A DNA stretch of 64,000 nucleotides from Anolis carolinensis (GCF_035594765.1 NC_085842.1:180371036-180435035), one strand, 5' to 3'; numbered from the stretch's first letter, positions 1 to 14,269 are shown. Made by a program: numbers and translations. The notes: generated from the letters alone by a model not told the origin.

Positions 1-467
1 GCCTGCTTCTGAGGAGGAGCGGAAAGGGGGGGCTGCTGGGATTGGTGGTAGCGCTGGACATGGGGTGGCAAGGGGTTAGAGGGCAGGGCAAGGGGTGGGG
101 GTGGAGGGGCCGGCTGTGGCGGCGGAGGGGGTTGCTGGGGGTATGGAGGGGGAGGCTGGGAAGAGGGGCCATGGCAGTACTGGGCGTGGAGCGCCTGCAG
201 CTTTGACTGGCTGCCATCGGGCAAGGATGGGTGGCTGTGGTGGGGGTGATGCTGGGGAAGGTGGTGGTGGGATGAAGACGCTGAAGATGAGGAGGCCGAG
301 GCCTGGCTGGGCGGCGTCTGAAAGGGACCCTTCCCACGCTTGCTGCCAAAAAGGGAGCCCAGGAAAGATGATGAGTTAGAGGGGGGCCGAGGCTGGGGCT
401 TGTATTCCTCTGGAGGAGGCGGAGGTGGCACTCTCTGGTGGGGACGTGGGCTGCTAATGATAGATCC
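1..467 (-). CDS. IQSEC2: IQSEC2 last coding exon (mammalian exon 15 equivalent), Pro/His-rich tail, partial
   Basis: Acceptor tttgttgctccag|GGA at 468/467. Reads [50 protein letters not shown]...[14 protein letters not shown]..., with no stop before position 1. Confidence 0.95.
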
Positions 468-946
468 CTGGAGCAACAAAGAAGGAGCAAAGGGAGAGAA
501 AGAGTCAGAAAGGAAAGGAAAGGCAGAGGTGGAGAGAGAGAGAAACAGTGGGAAAGAGAAAGAGGGACGGATTAGACAACTGGCTTTCATCATCACCTTT
601 TGCCTCCAGAGTTAGGACTATCCTTATATTGGCTCAGAGAAGACCCACCATTCCCAGCTGTCTGAAGGAGGGTGGGACTTAGTTATAAGCAGATCACCCT
701 GGCCCACTCTCTCTGTCCCAAGAAATGCTCCCCATGTTTTAAAAGCCCACAGGTCTCTCTCTATTGTGGGCAGAGGTACAGATAAAGAAAATAAGTGAGA
801 GAGAGACAGACTGAGAATGAAATAAACCCAGCAGGACTGCAAGGAAGCAAAATGCACTGGGAGGGAGGAAGGAAGGGGGGAACTCATCTGTACCCCTCCA
901 CCCGTTCCACTTTAAAATCTGGCTCATTTTTCTCTGGACCACTTAC

Positions 947-996
947 TTCAATTGTGCTGTCCAAGGATCCCACGCTGTTACGACGACCCCGTTTGC
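947..996 (-). CDS. IQSEC2: IQSEC2 exon 14 equivalent (50 nt)
   Basis: ttgttgcag|GC AAA CGG...ATT GAA|gtaagt; encodes (G)KRGRRNSVGSLDSTIE. Confidence 0.95.
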
Positions 997-2326
997 CTGC
1001 AACAAAGCAGGAGTTAGCCAGACCTGATGTCCCTTTCACCTTTCCTTTCCAGATGATATTCCCAACTTTGTATTGGGTGTAGGGGGGATGGGACCCTCCC
1101 CAATCCCATAAAGCAGAGCAACAGAGCAGAGATAGAGTTAGCAGAAGAGAGAGGAAAACAGAGAGTCTTGCCCCTGCTCCACTTCAGTCTGATGTAGCGT
1201 AGGGATTACATGACATACATCCATATTCTTTTGATGCCATTAAAACAACAGCCAGCTCTTGTATCCACAAATATGCCCACACCAAAAAAGTTCCAAAAAA
1301 ACCCAACAAATCTTGATTTTGCCATTTTAGATAAGGGATACCGTTTTACCAGACAATATATATGGGTTTTGACCATCCAAGGAGTTTGGTATTCATAGTA
1401 GTCCTGGAAGCAAACTAGTGTATACCAGAAAGCTGTATTTCTTGGTATCCACTGCAATTGGGTCAGAATGTGCATGGATTTCTATTGCCACCTCCCCTCT
1501 AATACTTGCACCTTTCCTAAGACTTGTAAAATGGCTGCAGTTTCCCCTCACCCACACATCATTGTAGGCATTTGTCTCCCAACAAGAAGAAGCCCACTTC
1601 TACTAATGTCTGGTGATCAACCCTTGCAACCCAACTTCAGGAGTTTCATTTTTCACCATGTTTACAGGAGGCCATTAAATTATAGGGGATGACATAATGT
1701 GTATCTTTCAGTTTTCTTTCAGTCAGGGTGGGATGTGTTAGTGTGTATACAATAAATAGGATCTATGGACCACACTAAAATATTGAGGTTTAAGAGGATC
1801 AAATGGCAACTGTTTACTAATCTGCACTGCTCACTTTTTATATGCTGTGGGTGATTCATATTTGAATGTTCCCCTCATACAAAATCTTTCTGCTGGTAGA
1901 AATGTCAGGGAGAAAGGTTCAGCCTAGACTTCTGTTTTTCTACATGAAGGCATTTGTCTCCTCATTAGAGAACATTCAAAACACTCAATTTTACACTTAA
2001 TGATTTCAATGATACAGTTAAGAAAAACCTGCCAAATAAATAAACTGGTGCTGCTCCCTGCTCTTCAATTCTGCAAACAATGCACTGGGGAAGGGAAGTA
2101 GTGATGCCATCTACTACATTTCATTTCAGTGGTCACCTGGCAACACCTACGGTGCCTTAAGAACCTCACCACCTCTCAGTTCTGCAGCTTTTAAAAAGTT
2201 CTCCACCTCAGCACAAATCGAGAAACTCTGTTTCCTTCCTCATCTTCATCCCAGCCCCGAGTCCATCAGCCCCTCTCCTCCTGGAGCCATGGAAAGAACC
2301 CAGAGTTCTGACCCCCAGCCCCTCAC

Positions 2327-2500
2327 CAGCATCGGAGAGGTCGCGGAGGGAGCTACTGAGAGCACTTCTCTTCAGTCCTTCTCCCACCGTGTAGGCATCC
2401 TCCAGGCTGCTCCGGGTTAGGGTCCCATTCACAGCATCCTTGGGTCCAGAGGAGGGTGAGGCATTGGGGCGCATCACTCCTTTCTGCTTCTCTAACTCCG
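2327..2500 (-). CDS. IQSEC2: IQSEC2 exon 13 equivalent (174 nt)
   Basis: ctttacag|CG GAG TTA...GAT GCT G|gtgagg; [14 protein letters not shown]...[12 protein letters not shown]. Confidence 0.96.
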
Positions 2501-2820
2501 CTGTAAAGGTTAATGGAGACAGACAGGAACACATTTAAAACCCTTCCCTTTTCTGCCCCACAGCTCTAGTTTATATACAAGACCTACATTGAAGGAGACC
2601 CAGCATAGGTCTTGTATATGATCTGCACTAAGGTCAGCTATGTCTGCACAACTAAACAAAAATGCTATGATTATGCAGTACTTAGCTCTGTGTGGCAGGG
2701 ACAGGTCATCCTTAGAATGTCACAGCCATTAGTAATGTTCCCAGTTTGTTTCTATTTTTTGCTACACTCACTCATTTTAAAATACATTTCCCAGCGCAAG
2801 GAGTAGGACCAACCACTCAC

Positions 2821-2982
2821 ATTCAACGCGATATTTCTCCATCTCTTGTACTTCTGCAATGGATTCCCGCAGGTCACTGGTGAAGCGCAATCGATCCTGC
2901 AGACTGGGGGCATTGAAGATGATCAAGACTTTCCTTTCCCCACCAGGAACAGCTGAGAGCAGTTTAATCCCAAACTGGTAAT
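2821..2982 (-). CDS. IQSEC2: IQSEC2 exon 12 equivalent (162 nt), end of PH domain
   Basis: ccacgcag|AT TAC CAG...GTT GAA T|gtgagt; [53 protein letters not shown]. Confidence 0.97.
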
Positions 2983-3549
2983 CTGCGTGGAAGAGATTCA
3001 GAAACCAGCTGGGTGAAGATCCTCTAGCATCAAAAAGCAGGAAACCAGGGAATATCTATCCATCTTCCTGACTTTCTACATACACGGGGGCCAAGTTGGT
3101 GTACAACATTTTAAAAGTGCATTACAGTAAAGAACCCTCCTCATACAAAAAGTAAAGCACAATTAAAATTATGTTATAGAAAGACACAAGTTAAAGATAG
3201 CTGTAAAAACATGTCTGCAACAGTATTAAAAGATGCATAACACAAAACAAAATAAAATCATGATACTGTCCCTTGCAGTAAAACTCTGCTGCAAGAAGCT
3301 AAAACTCCAAAGCTTTCTTAAATAAAAATAGACCAGGATGTTGGCTTTTTCTCCAAAGGACAGTAACAGAGTGGTTCTGACTATATCCTGAGGGGTAGGA
3401 GATGGTGGATAGGCCATACGTGGGTTAAACTGGCCTGGCACAGGATACCAAGAGGGAGTGGACAGAAGGCCAAAAGAGCCTACTCTTTTTGGGGAGGGGG
3501 TGGAGGTTCAGTATGGAAGATGTCACTTTTTCAGGGCCCCATGGATTTA

Positions 3550-3708
<159 letters not shown>

Positions 3709-4242
3709 CTAAACATTGTGTGAAATGATGAAAAAGATGAAAAATGATGAAAAAGAACAAGATTAACATAGGTGGGTAACAACAGGAAGTTAGCCACTAC
3801 TCTATGCCTCCTGGACACATCCAGAAGTACAGCCACCTGTATGAACCAGGCCCCACTTTTATGCTGAGATGGAACAGCTTAACCCACCCAGTAAGATACT
3901 ATTAATTGTAATTCAATCTGATTCTTATATCGGCAGGGGTACATTCCTGAATCTACTGTGGATCACCTTACTGAAATGATTTTTTCCTAGTGGACCTAGG
4001 TGAAAAATTCTCATTGTGAAGAACTATTTAATATATTCTGCTCCCACATAATCCTGGACATTTCTTTACCAGGGAAATGAATGGGGCTGCCTGGAAGGGA
4101 GGGATTCTTCTGCTTTGTATAAATAGACCCAGAAACAGTAAGGTAAAAGACATCATCTCGCTCTTTCTTATGTCTGTTCAAGGCAATCCGAGGATTTTGG
4201 CTTTTAAACTTAAAATATCTGCAGATGAAATACTGTATCTAA

Positions 4243-4540
4243 CACTATGCAACACAGTTTTTGTTCCTGGCTTATAAATGTCATGTCCTAATTGCTTCTA
4301 TCAAAAATGTGGAAAATGTTTATTAAAACCTTGTATTTGGGGGACGCCCTGCAGCACATTTTGCGATAGGTTTTCGGTGAATATCTGAGAAAGTCTCAAC
4401 CAATTCGACATATGTGGCAGCTACAAAAATGAGGTTTCTGGAGTATAACAACTACTTTCAAAATAAATATGACACAATTAAACAGGAATAACACTTTCAA
4501 ACCAGGAATAGATTTTTTTTCCAAATTTTGTTACATAGTG
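4243..4540. mobile_element. Non-autonomous DNA transposon with CAC...GTG ends (Chapaev3-like)
   Basis: TIRs cactatgcaaca.../...tgttacatagtg; flanks taa / tga. Family assignment is tentative. Confidence 0.55.
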
Positions 4541-4612
4541 TGATCACAGAGACTTCCCGGGTTGGCTGCTTTGGAGCAAGACAGAGAAAAGTGAGCTCCA
4601 TTTTCTTTAGAA

Positions 4613-4746
4613 CAGTGGTTCTCAGCCTGTGGGTCCCCAGATGTTTTGGCCTTCAACTCCCAGAAATCTTAACAGCTGGTAAACTGGATGGGATTCTGGG
4701 AGTTGCAGGCCAAAACATCTGGGGACCCACAGGTTGAGAACAACTA
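4613..4746. mobile_element. hAT (Charlie-like) MITE, family A
   Basis: Palindromic element cagtggttctca...tgagaacaacta with a perfect 8-bp TSD ctttagaa (4605-4612 / 4747-4754). Confidence 0.9.
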
Positions 4747-5652
4747 CTTTAGAAGATAGTGAGAATCTTGTTTTCCCTTCCCAACCCTCATGCCACTCAG
4801 ATACAGTATTACACACTCTGTACCTGTGGAACTGGTACCTGCAGTTTCACCTATCTGCATCTGACAAAATATATAATCTCTAGGAATTTTCTAGGTCCTC
4901 CAGATGATTCTATGATATGCTTCTGTTGGAAGTTACCATACAGTTGCCCTAGGGGACCTAGAAAACGTCTAGGGAGGATACACATCTTTCTAGATCCTCA
5001 AGGGTGACTATGATAATTTCTGGCAGGCGTCCTCCAAGTGATTCTATGCTTTGTTTCTATGGTAAATTACCACAGAGTTGCTCCGGAAGACCTAGTAAAT
5101 TCTTAGAGAAGATACATCTCTATGCATTTTCTATGACCTCTAGTGGGACACTATGGTAACTTCTAGCAGAAGTATTCATTTCAATTAGGCTCACTGTTCA
5201 GGAAAATATCCCTTGCAAACACAGGGGTTGTGCTATATTTGAAATCAATGAAATACCTTCCTAACCAGAATAAATTTTTCATTGTGCAGTTTTATTGAAA
5301 AATATAATTGTAATTAGGTCAGTTTCATGAATCACAATCACATTTCTGTGCTCTGCACAACAACGGCTGTGGCAGTGTTGTCAACAAGAAAATGACAACA
5401 GTGATGCAATATCCATTGTTGGAAGGAATACCAAAAGGTGATTGGCAGGCAAATGAACTGGCAATAAGTTACAGCTGTACAAAAATAACTTCTCATAAGG
5501 AATGTTGTTGAGTTTTTGTCAGCAGTACCTGACCTCCCTCCTCATCTGGGCTGGTCAAAACTGGCACAAGGTAAGGCGCCCAGATGTGCTCAAAGCCTCC
5601 ATTCCCCACAGTACCCATAGGGAGACGAGGTGCCTTTGCTCCCTCTCCTTAC

Positions 5653-5778
5653 CACTAGGAGGTCATTGAAGAGGAAGACTTCCCTCTGGTGCAACCCAAG
5701 CCTTTGGGGCCGGTTGGGGTCAGGCACCTCATACAGCTGGCAGCAGCAAACCAGGCGCCTGTGGGGCAAGGAGAGGAC
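5653..5778 (-). CDS. IQSEC2: IQSEC2 exon 10 equivalent (126 nt), PH domain
   Basis: ctgcccag|GTC CTC...CTA GTG|gtaagg; [42 protein letters not shown]. Confidence 0.97.
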
Positions 5779-5865
5779 CTGGGCAGGATAGACCAGAATA
5801 ACATGTTTGCAGATGGAACAAACAAGACGGAGAGACTGGTGAGACCCCCAACTAGGCCTCCATTA

Positions 5866-6066
<201 letters not shown>

Positions 6067-6114
6067 TTAAAAGCAAGATCCTGAGGTACATGTAGTCTGT
6101 TTTAGAAAGTAGTA

Positions 6115-6414
6115 TAGTAGAGTCTCACTTATCCAACATAAATAGGCTGGCAGAATGTTGGATAAGCGAATATGTTGGATAATAAGGAGGGATTAAGGAA
6201 AAGCCTATTACACATCAAATTAGGTTATGATTTTACAAATTAAGCACCAAAACATAATGTTTAGCAACAAATTTGACAGAAAAAGTAGTTCAATACGCAG
6301 TAATGCTATGTAATAATTACTGTATTTACAAATTTAGCACCAAAATATCATGATGTATTGAAAACATTGACTACAAAAAGGTTGGATAAGCGAGTGTTGG
6401 ATAAGTGAGTACTG
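6115..6414. mobile_element. Tc1/mariner-type MITE (cagtagagtctcacttatccaac TIR family), opposite orientation to the 24634 and 37045 copies
   Basis: TA-flanked; near reverse complement of 24634-24956. Confidence 0.9.
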
Positions 6415-9402
6415 TAATAAGAACACTTGGTATGTAGTTAACACTGTAGCACAGGTAAAATTTTAGCATCCAGATGCTGCTATATCAGGCATGAGTAAAC
6501 TTTGGCCTGCCAGGTATTTTGGACTTCAACTCCCACAATTCCTAACAGCCAGTAGAAGAACATTTTATTGATTAGCCCTTAGGCCATATCAAAGTACCAT
6601 GCCAAACAACTGGGCTTGAAAAGACCTGATTACACTCTATACAAAAATTAGATAAAACACTTGTAACAATACAATGAATAAATATGATAAAACTGAATGT
6701 ATACATTGTATTTCATTGTCACCCCTACAATTTACCCCTAACAGAGCCAGTAGTTTGTCCATTCCTGTGCTAGATTAACTCCTATCAGCCTTAGCCAGCA
6801 TAGTCAATGGAATTTATTGTCTGACTTCATCCGAGGAGCCATAGATTCCTCATTTCTTGGTTGCAGGTTCTTCTAAATGCTTTCTGTAGATTTAATGGCT
6901 AACTCTGGCAAAAGACTTATAAAGTAGGCTAGTGTTATTATTCTTGGTTTAAAGACTGGGACCTGATGACATGAAAAACAGGCTTCCTCAATGCCTCCTT
7001 ATAATACGTAACTGTTAAAATTCAAAGTTGGATTTTGGACTGTATGAAAATTCTTATTGATACTTTGAGTCAAACGTGCTTTAATTTAAAAAGTCTTCAG
7101 CAGTGGCTCCTTTCTTTCTAGATGTATTACAACATATTAATTTTCTATCAGAAGTCTTTGATTTTTGCAAATGCTTATAAACATTTAAATCACATTCTGC
7201 AATATGAAATTTAACTGATAATCAGGCATAGCTGGATCATTTCTGCTCCTTCTGTAGCAAAAAGGCTCATACTTCAAGCTTACAAACTTATTTGCCACCC
7301 ATTGTCTAGGAGGCAGAGGATCTTACTGCTTTAGCAAAATTCCCATAGGTATCTTATAAACAATAATATCCAATCAGATTGAAATTTTGTGCACAATAAC
7401 TAGTGGGATATATTGGTTTGAGTGTTGGACTAAGATTCTGAAAACCAGAGTTCTTCAGCCATACAATCCCACTATATGACCTTGAATGAATCATATACTC
7501 TTAGCTCCAGAAAAACCCGATGATAAGGTCACCTTAAGGTAAGTTAGAATCAACTTGGACCTATTCAACAATTCCCAGTTTATTTATATACATCCCTAAC
7601 ACATGAATATATTTCATGTACAGTATTTCATTTCTTCCTCTTTTGCTTTTCTCTCTCTTCTTCCTCTTGCTCATTTTTCTGCTGGCAATAACAACCTTAA
7701 TTTGGCAATTAAAAGGTTTTTTATTTAGAAATGACGGTGCCATGCATTGTATGTTCCCCAAAAAGGCACTGTACCTGCCCAGAAGGTACAGCATACTTTG
7801 TTGGCACATGAGAGGTTATGGGAAATTCCGATTTCTTAGTACAGGCTGTTCTTCAGCCTGATGTATTGTACCTCTCACAGCTACCTCCAACTGAGAGTTG
7901 GAATCAATCTGTATTTTTTCTTCCAACTTTATATCCTTTATTTAGTGGGAATCATTCCAGTTTTGCTATTCCCAATGGCAGATTAGAGGACTGATGTCTC
8001 AACACAAAACTGCTGCAAATCTTACTTAGCCAGTGAACATTAATTTCTCAAGAGGAGGGGATCCGACATGATTGCGGCATAGTGAAAATATCTATTACAC
8101 CACTGGAATGGAAGCCTATGGGAAATGGTGCATCACTGTCATATCATTGCATAATGTGAAATGCACAGAAGCAATACACAGTGTGCAGTGAGCATTGCAA
8201 CATTACTTTAGGTGCATTATTGTTGTCTGCAACAATTTCACAGGCAGAACAAGTCTTTACCTATCTTTTAATTGATTATGTCTACCTCGCAGCCCTGATT
8301 ACTGTATTGAACTCCTTCATGTTGACTGGTACTGTAACTGTGCTCATTTTAAATTGAACTGTTTTTACTGCTGTTTTATGATATTGTTTTATTATGTTTC
8401 GTTTTTTCATGCAGTTGTATGTTGTTTTGACAACTGACTGTTTGCACATGCTGGAAACTGCCCAGAGTCCTCTCGAGGAGATGGAGAAGTATATAAATAA
8501 AGGTTTATTATTATTATTATAACTCCATTCTACCACGACATTGGTTGGATACATTTGTTATTGTCCATTGACCGTGTGTTTCATCAACAGAATTCTCGCC
8601 ATTATCTTTATATTGAATTACCTATAAAATATGGCCTCAATATTATCAGACTAAGCAAAGATCAGTTGGGAGATCCTGTAGGCAGTTTCCAGAAGGTGCA
8701 CATGAACAGGGAAGTTCCTTGTCAGGTTCACCTTGATGACTTAATCAATTTTCATGAATATGGAGCTGAGATTTGGGCTTCCACTGTTTCAATGCATCCC
8801 TTTTTTTTGTCTTATATTTATTTATTGGATTTGGGGTTTACCATATCTGTTTACATATAGCTGATTGTCATGCTTTGGGTGGCAGATTCTGTCTTGGAGG
8901 AGACTGGGCCTGTGTGCCTGTGGTCTTCATTACAGGGTTCCTTTTAAAGTGATCTTGAATGAGGACATCACGGACAAGTCCAGCTTTAGACTTGCCTCAC
9001 TTCTCATGAAAACTGAAAAGTGTATGCACTACATTTAAGCTTCTGAGCTCCCACAAAAGTGAAACAAATCTTCTGTATACTGACAGGTATCACAGTTGTG
9101 TTTGTTGTTATGTGTCTTCAAGTCATTTCTGACTTAAGGTGGCCTGAAGGTAAACCTATCAAAGGCTAGGAGTGTGTGATTTGCCCAGGGTCACCCAGTG
9201 GGTTTTCATAGCCGAGTCAGGATGTGAATACTAGTCTCTACAGCCGGAGTACAACATTCCTGTACCAAGCTTTTTCTGAGCTCCCAGAAAACTAAAGTGC
9301 ACCCTCTACATCTTGATGGTGTGTGTGCTTATGTGTGGAGGGGGGCGGGCAATAAAAAGAGACAGCCACAGTTAAAAGTTCCTTTAAGCATCAAGGGCTT
9401 TA

Positions 9403-9612
<210 letters not shown>

Positions 9613-12397
9613 TCAAAGAGAAAGTGACCATCAGCACAAAGGACAAAGTCACAAGAGATGGTTAGGACAATGCTGAGACATGTTGCTGCCCAAGATAAAA
9701 ACTGTTCGAGATTGTTTATCTCCCAAGGTTCTTTACTTGTACTTGTACAGTAGGAGCTATACCCCATAAAATCATCTATATTAGCTAACACCACCCAATG
9801 GCTTCAATCACTATAACCAGCACAAGGGGTGGCTGAAAATCCTATGCTCATGCACACAGGCACACACACACTGCATTGAGTCAGACACTTTAAAAACTAT
9901 AGAGAGGAGAACTTGAAAAGGAAAGCTTCTCTATTTTAAGCAGGAAATCTACATTGGCATACGTCTTGCCATAAAATAAGTCTTTGTAATGACACAGGAA
10001 AGTGAAACAGTGCACTAAACTTGAGGTGACATTAGCCAGCCAAAAAAGGAAAAGTTGGGCTTAGAAGACTCCAAAGTAAAAGCAATTTATCAAACCATTT
10101 TTTTTATAAATTAAAAAAAGTTTTGCTATAAAGATATAAAGAATTTATAGTGAGTCAGAGAGTTCTAAATTACATGGCTCCGCCGCCCTTGAGTTAATTC
10201 AGTTTTTTGTTTATAAATATTTATGAAAGTTCCGCATCCCATCATGGAAAGTTCCAAATCCCATTTTCCATTTTGGGATGCAGAACATTCATCAACTTCA
10301 ATTTACTACAACTTAGAAGGGGCTTTCAAGTAATGTAAATGGCCAAATAATCAGTTTGTAGACAGATTCATTATCCAAAGTTTACAGTGATCAATTGGCA
10401 GAAGTCAGTTTTATGCAGGGAAATTCAAAGACAAGCTTCCCTAAGTTTTTGAAGTGGTTTCAGCTGTGATGTTTTAAGGTAACATGGACAAAAAAGAACT
10501 TTAACAATGACCAATTTGTTTATTAAATGACGTTCTCTTATGCTCCTTTCAACTTCTCACAAAAGTATGTTTTTGATACTAGGATATTTTGATCATATGT
10601 ATTGAAACATAATCTGCATTGAAACAATAACACGATAAATCTACAAAAATCCCCTCAACAAGCCCTAATCAATATGCACAGTCAACAGGGTTGTTTAAGC
10701 AGCAAGATGGTGCACTAGGTCTATATGCCGAGGCTTCTCAAGGGTTTAAGTTTCAAATCTGTCAAGAGAAGGGCACCTTGCAGTAGACAGAGAGACACAG
10801 AGGCCTAAAGCATACATGAGAACATGGATTCAGATCTCTACTTCAATCAAAGCTTTCTGACATATTTACATATTACATGCATCTTCGTCTCTACATCTGT
10901 CAGGACAGAAGGCCTTGTGCGCTATGGATTTCTCTATCATTTCCCTGCCAAAATAGGCATCATCCTGAGAGACAGAAAAAGGGAGAGGAGATGTCTTTGA
11001 AAAGACTTCTTGTGCACCAAGTCTAAGGACTGGGCAAGATGATTGCTCTGGGAAAGTCACTGGGCATCCAGTTTCAAATCCAAAGAAAAACTAAATACAG
11101 TCTACAACTGAAAAAAGATCCTTGTTTGTACTGTATTTTCCCGATTTACATGAATCTTCTAGTTCCCTCATCAGGACACATACTCATTGCACATTGTGGT
11201 GAGTTTGCCTCAATGTGAGCGGCCTTTTACAATGTACTGCTTATTTCCTCAATCAGCGGCTATACAGCAGTGGATACTTCACTTGTTTTCTTCCCATCAT
11301 GCACGCACATATATATATTTCCACCTAAGTTCTTATTAGCCATCCTGTTATGCATGCTAATACTGACAGACAGCCCTCCACATTCACTGAGTCAATGGCT
11401 CAGGACTCCCAAAAGGAAAAATGGCAAAGATCATGTGTCAGGATAGCAATTGCTACGAAATCAATATAATTTTTTTAGTCTGTGCAGTCAGACCCCAGAA
11501 AGCTAACCTTTGCTCGCAGTGCCAAAACATTTCAAAAATCCACGATTTAAAAAGTTGTGTGTTTCTTTACTATGTTTGTTAGGAAACTGTGCATGTTTCT
11601 TCTGTTGGTGGATCTTGTCTAAATTAATCATTTTCTCAGAACATAAAACATAAAATAGAAACTCCTAATTAGGTTTCCTTGTCAGGGAGATCTATACCTG
11701 GAAATCCTAAAATATTCCTCAGAATTAAAGTTATTTATGAGATAAGTGACACAGTTTTTGCAGGCTTGATCTCCATTTAAAAGGAGAGGAAGAATCCCTC
11801 CCCACATATACATAATATCTCCAAGTCTCTCTGAGATTGCTTTTGATGTCAAATACTGACATATGTTTCTATTTTAAGATAAGCTTTGTTGGTGGTAAAT
11901 GATGCTGTAGATGGTACACAGGGAAAGAATCCCAGCCCTTTCTCTAATTGTATCCACCATTCCTTCACAGCACTTGGAAGAATTGGGGGCTCCCAAATAT
12001 TCTGCCCAGACCCAGCCGTTGCCTGGCAATCAAATCAAATCAAATCAAATCCCCATCTTTGGACATATAAGGATGCTGGAGGTAGATGAGGCCAATATAT
12101 GATGGTCTTCCAGGGATCATATAGTGCAGAAGAAACAAAGAAAATTGAAGAAGGCAAATGTCACTGATCTTCCCCCTAATAGGTATGAGAAATGTGCAAG
12201 CAATTTCACAACAGAGGCAACTAACATGGTCTTAATACAACATAGGTCTTTCACATAACTGGACAGTTGTTAATGCTTAGCCATGATGCTAAGAAGGATT
12301 CCAAAACCCATCTGCCTAATGGTTGAAGTGCAGCTCATTACAGGATTTCTATGTCAGCTTATTCTGCAAAAAGAAACATCTACACATAAAATAAATA

Positions 12398-12755
12398 CAG
12401 TGTTCCCTCACTACTTCGCAGTTAGCTTTTCCTGTCCTCACTATTTCGTGTTTTTTTAATAAACACTAAAATAATAGTATAAATGATAAAGTAATATTAT
12501 AAATCCCTCTTTCTACTTCCTTCCTAAGGAAAAGCATAAGGAAGGAAGGAGAAGCCAAAGGGAGAAAAAGGAAGCTGAAGCAGTTTTGTTTTCTCCTCAC
12601 AAGGCATGCACATGCTTGAGAGGCGAGGAGGGTGCAGAGACGCTACTTGCCAGTGAGATTGTAAACAACACAAATATAGAGTCCCTACTTCGCAGATTTT
12701 CACTTTTTGCGGGTAGTCCTGGAATGTAACCCCCGCGGGAAGTGAGGGAACACTG
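12398..12755. mobile_element. Tc1/mariner-type non-autonomous element
   Basis: TIRs cagtgttccctcact / agtgagggaacactg with TA on both sides. Confidence 0.88.
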
Positions 12756-13060
12756 TACACCACTTCTTTCCTTCTTTTATCCTTTCATTTGCCTTCATTT
12801 TGAGCATCTGTATCTTGCTTCTTCTACTTCAATAATATAACCTGCCTCCCCTTCCAAAAACCCTTGAAGAAAACAATCTGAGCATATTATCTCTCTTGGG
12901 GAAATGGATTCCATAAATTAAGAGCAGGTTGTTAAGAAAATGTCTTCTTTGGGTGGCCCTGAATGTTATTTTACCCAGCAGTCTGTTTCAACTTGACTGC
13001 TGGATCAACTTGAGTAGTTAGTTTTAAGTTATCAGCATCCTAAAGGATATCTTGGTGCTA

Positions 13061-14073
13061 CCCTGTTTCCCCGAAAATAAGATAGTGTCTTATATCAATT
13101 TTTGCTCCCAAAGAGGCGCTAGGTCTTATTTTCAGGGGATGTCTTATTTTTCCACGAAGAAGAATTCACATCACAAACCAGCATAACCAAATAATAATAA
13201 GTTTATTTATAGCCCGCCTCCATCTCCCCCGAAGGGGACTCGGGGCGGCTTACAGCAAAATCAGATACAAAACAATGATAAAATAAAATATGAAACATCA
13301 AAGAACAATAACAAAAACCAATAATAATATATACACAGCAACCGAAAAAAACACAATGCGGTATTAAAACATCGAATTAAAAACAATGAGGTTGCAATAG
13401 TGGATAAGCAAGGTACAGATTATGAGTTACAAATTTTTAAATAGATAAATAGATAACCAAACTGTGAATCCTTTCAAGAATTTCTATATTATATTTTATT
13501 GCTATACTGTTTTTAAATTACTGTTTTAAATTTCTGTTCGTATGTAAATTTATGTTGTTGTTGGGTTTGTCCCTGTGTAAGCTGCCCTGAGCCCCTTCTG
13601 GGAGATGGAGGTGGGATACAAGAATAAAGTTATTATAATAATAACTTTAATAACTTTATTTTTATACCCCGCCCTATCTCCCCGGAGGGACTCGGAGCAG
13701 CTTACATGGGGCCATGCCCGACATAAAAATACAATAACAGCGATAACACAGTAAAACAATTTCACATCAATAAGACATCAACATCAGTAAAACAAGTCAT
13801 AAAAGTCAGCATACTGCATAAAATGTTAAAAACAGGAGGCTAAAACACATTGTATTATTATTATTACACTATTGTATTATTATTATTATTTCTTGTTACT
13901 ACCTTTATTTCCATGTACAAAAATCTATGGCATGTACATGTACTGATCCTTCATGCTTCCAAATAAAAACTTTGCTAGGTCTTACTTTTGGGGGCGGCCT
14001 TATATTTAGCAATTCAGCAAAACCTCTACTAGGTCTTATTTTCTGGGGATGTCCTATTTTCAGGGAAACAGGG
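13061..14073. mobile_element. Tc1/mariner-type element carrying nested Penelope-like fragments
   Basis: TIRs ccctgtttccccgaaaataag / cctattttcagggaaacaggg with TA TSD. Internal (AAT)n-headed ...ggactcggggcggcttaca fragments occur in both orientations. Confidence 0.8.
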
Positions 14074-14269
14074 TACTTTGCAAAAAGTGTCTACCACTCA
14101 GCTGTTGTCAGGTCTGTCAGTTTAAAACCTGGCTTTGCCACAATCAATGATTGTCTATACATTTTGCGGACAGTTTCAACAAAAAGTATTTTTTTATATA
14201 AAAAAAATACTAGCTTAGGTTCTCACCAACGCCTGAGTTAGGTATTTTAATGGTAAATATTAGAAAAAA

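Noticed and set aside
95-615. Plus-strand ORFs 95..379 and 340..615
   Set aside because: Antisense shadows of the GC-rich IQSEC2 last exon and its polypyrimidine tract.
4820-5240. Roughly 100-bp degenerate tandem units that could suggest an array
   Set aside because: Related sequence occurs at about 37870-38050 and 63170-63420, so this is an old interspersed repeat with internal repeats, not a repeat-spacer (CRISPR-like) array.
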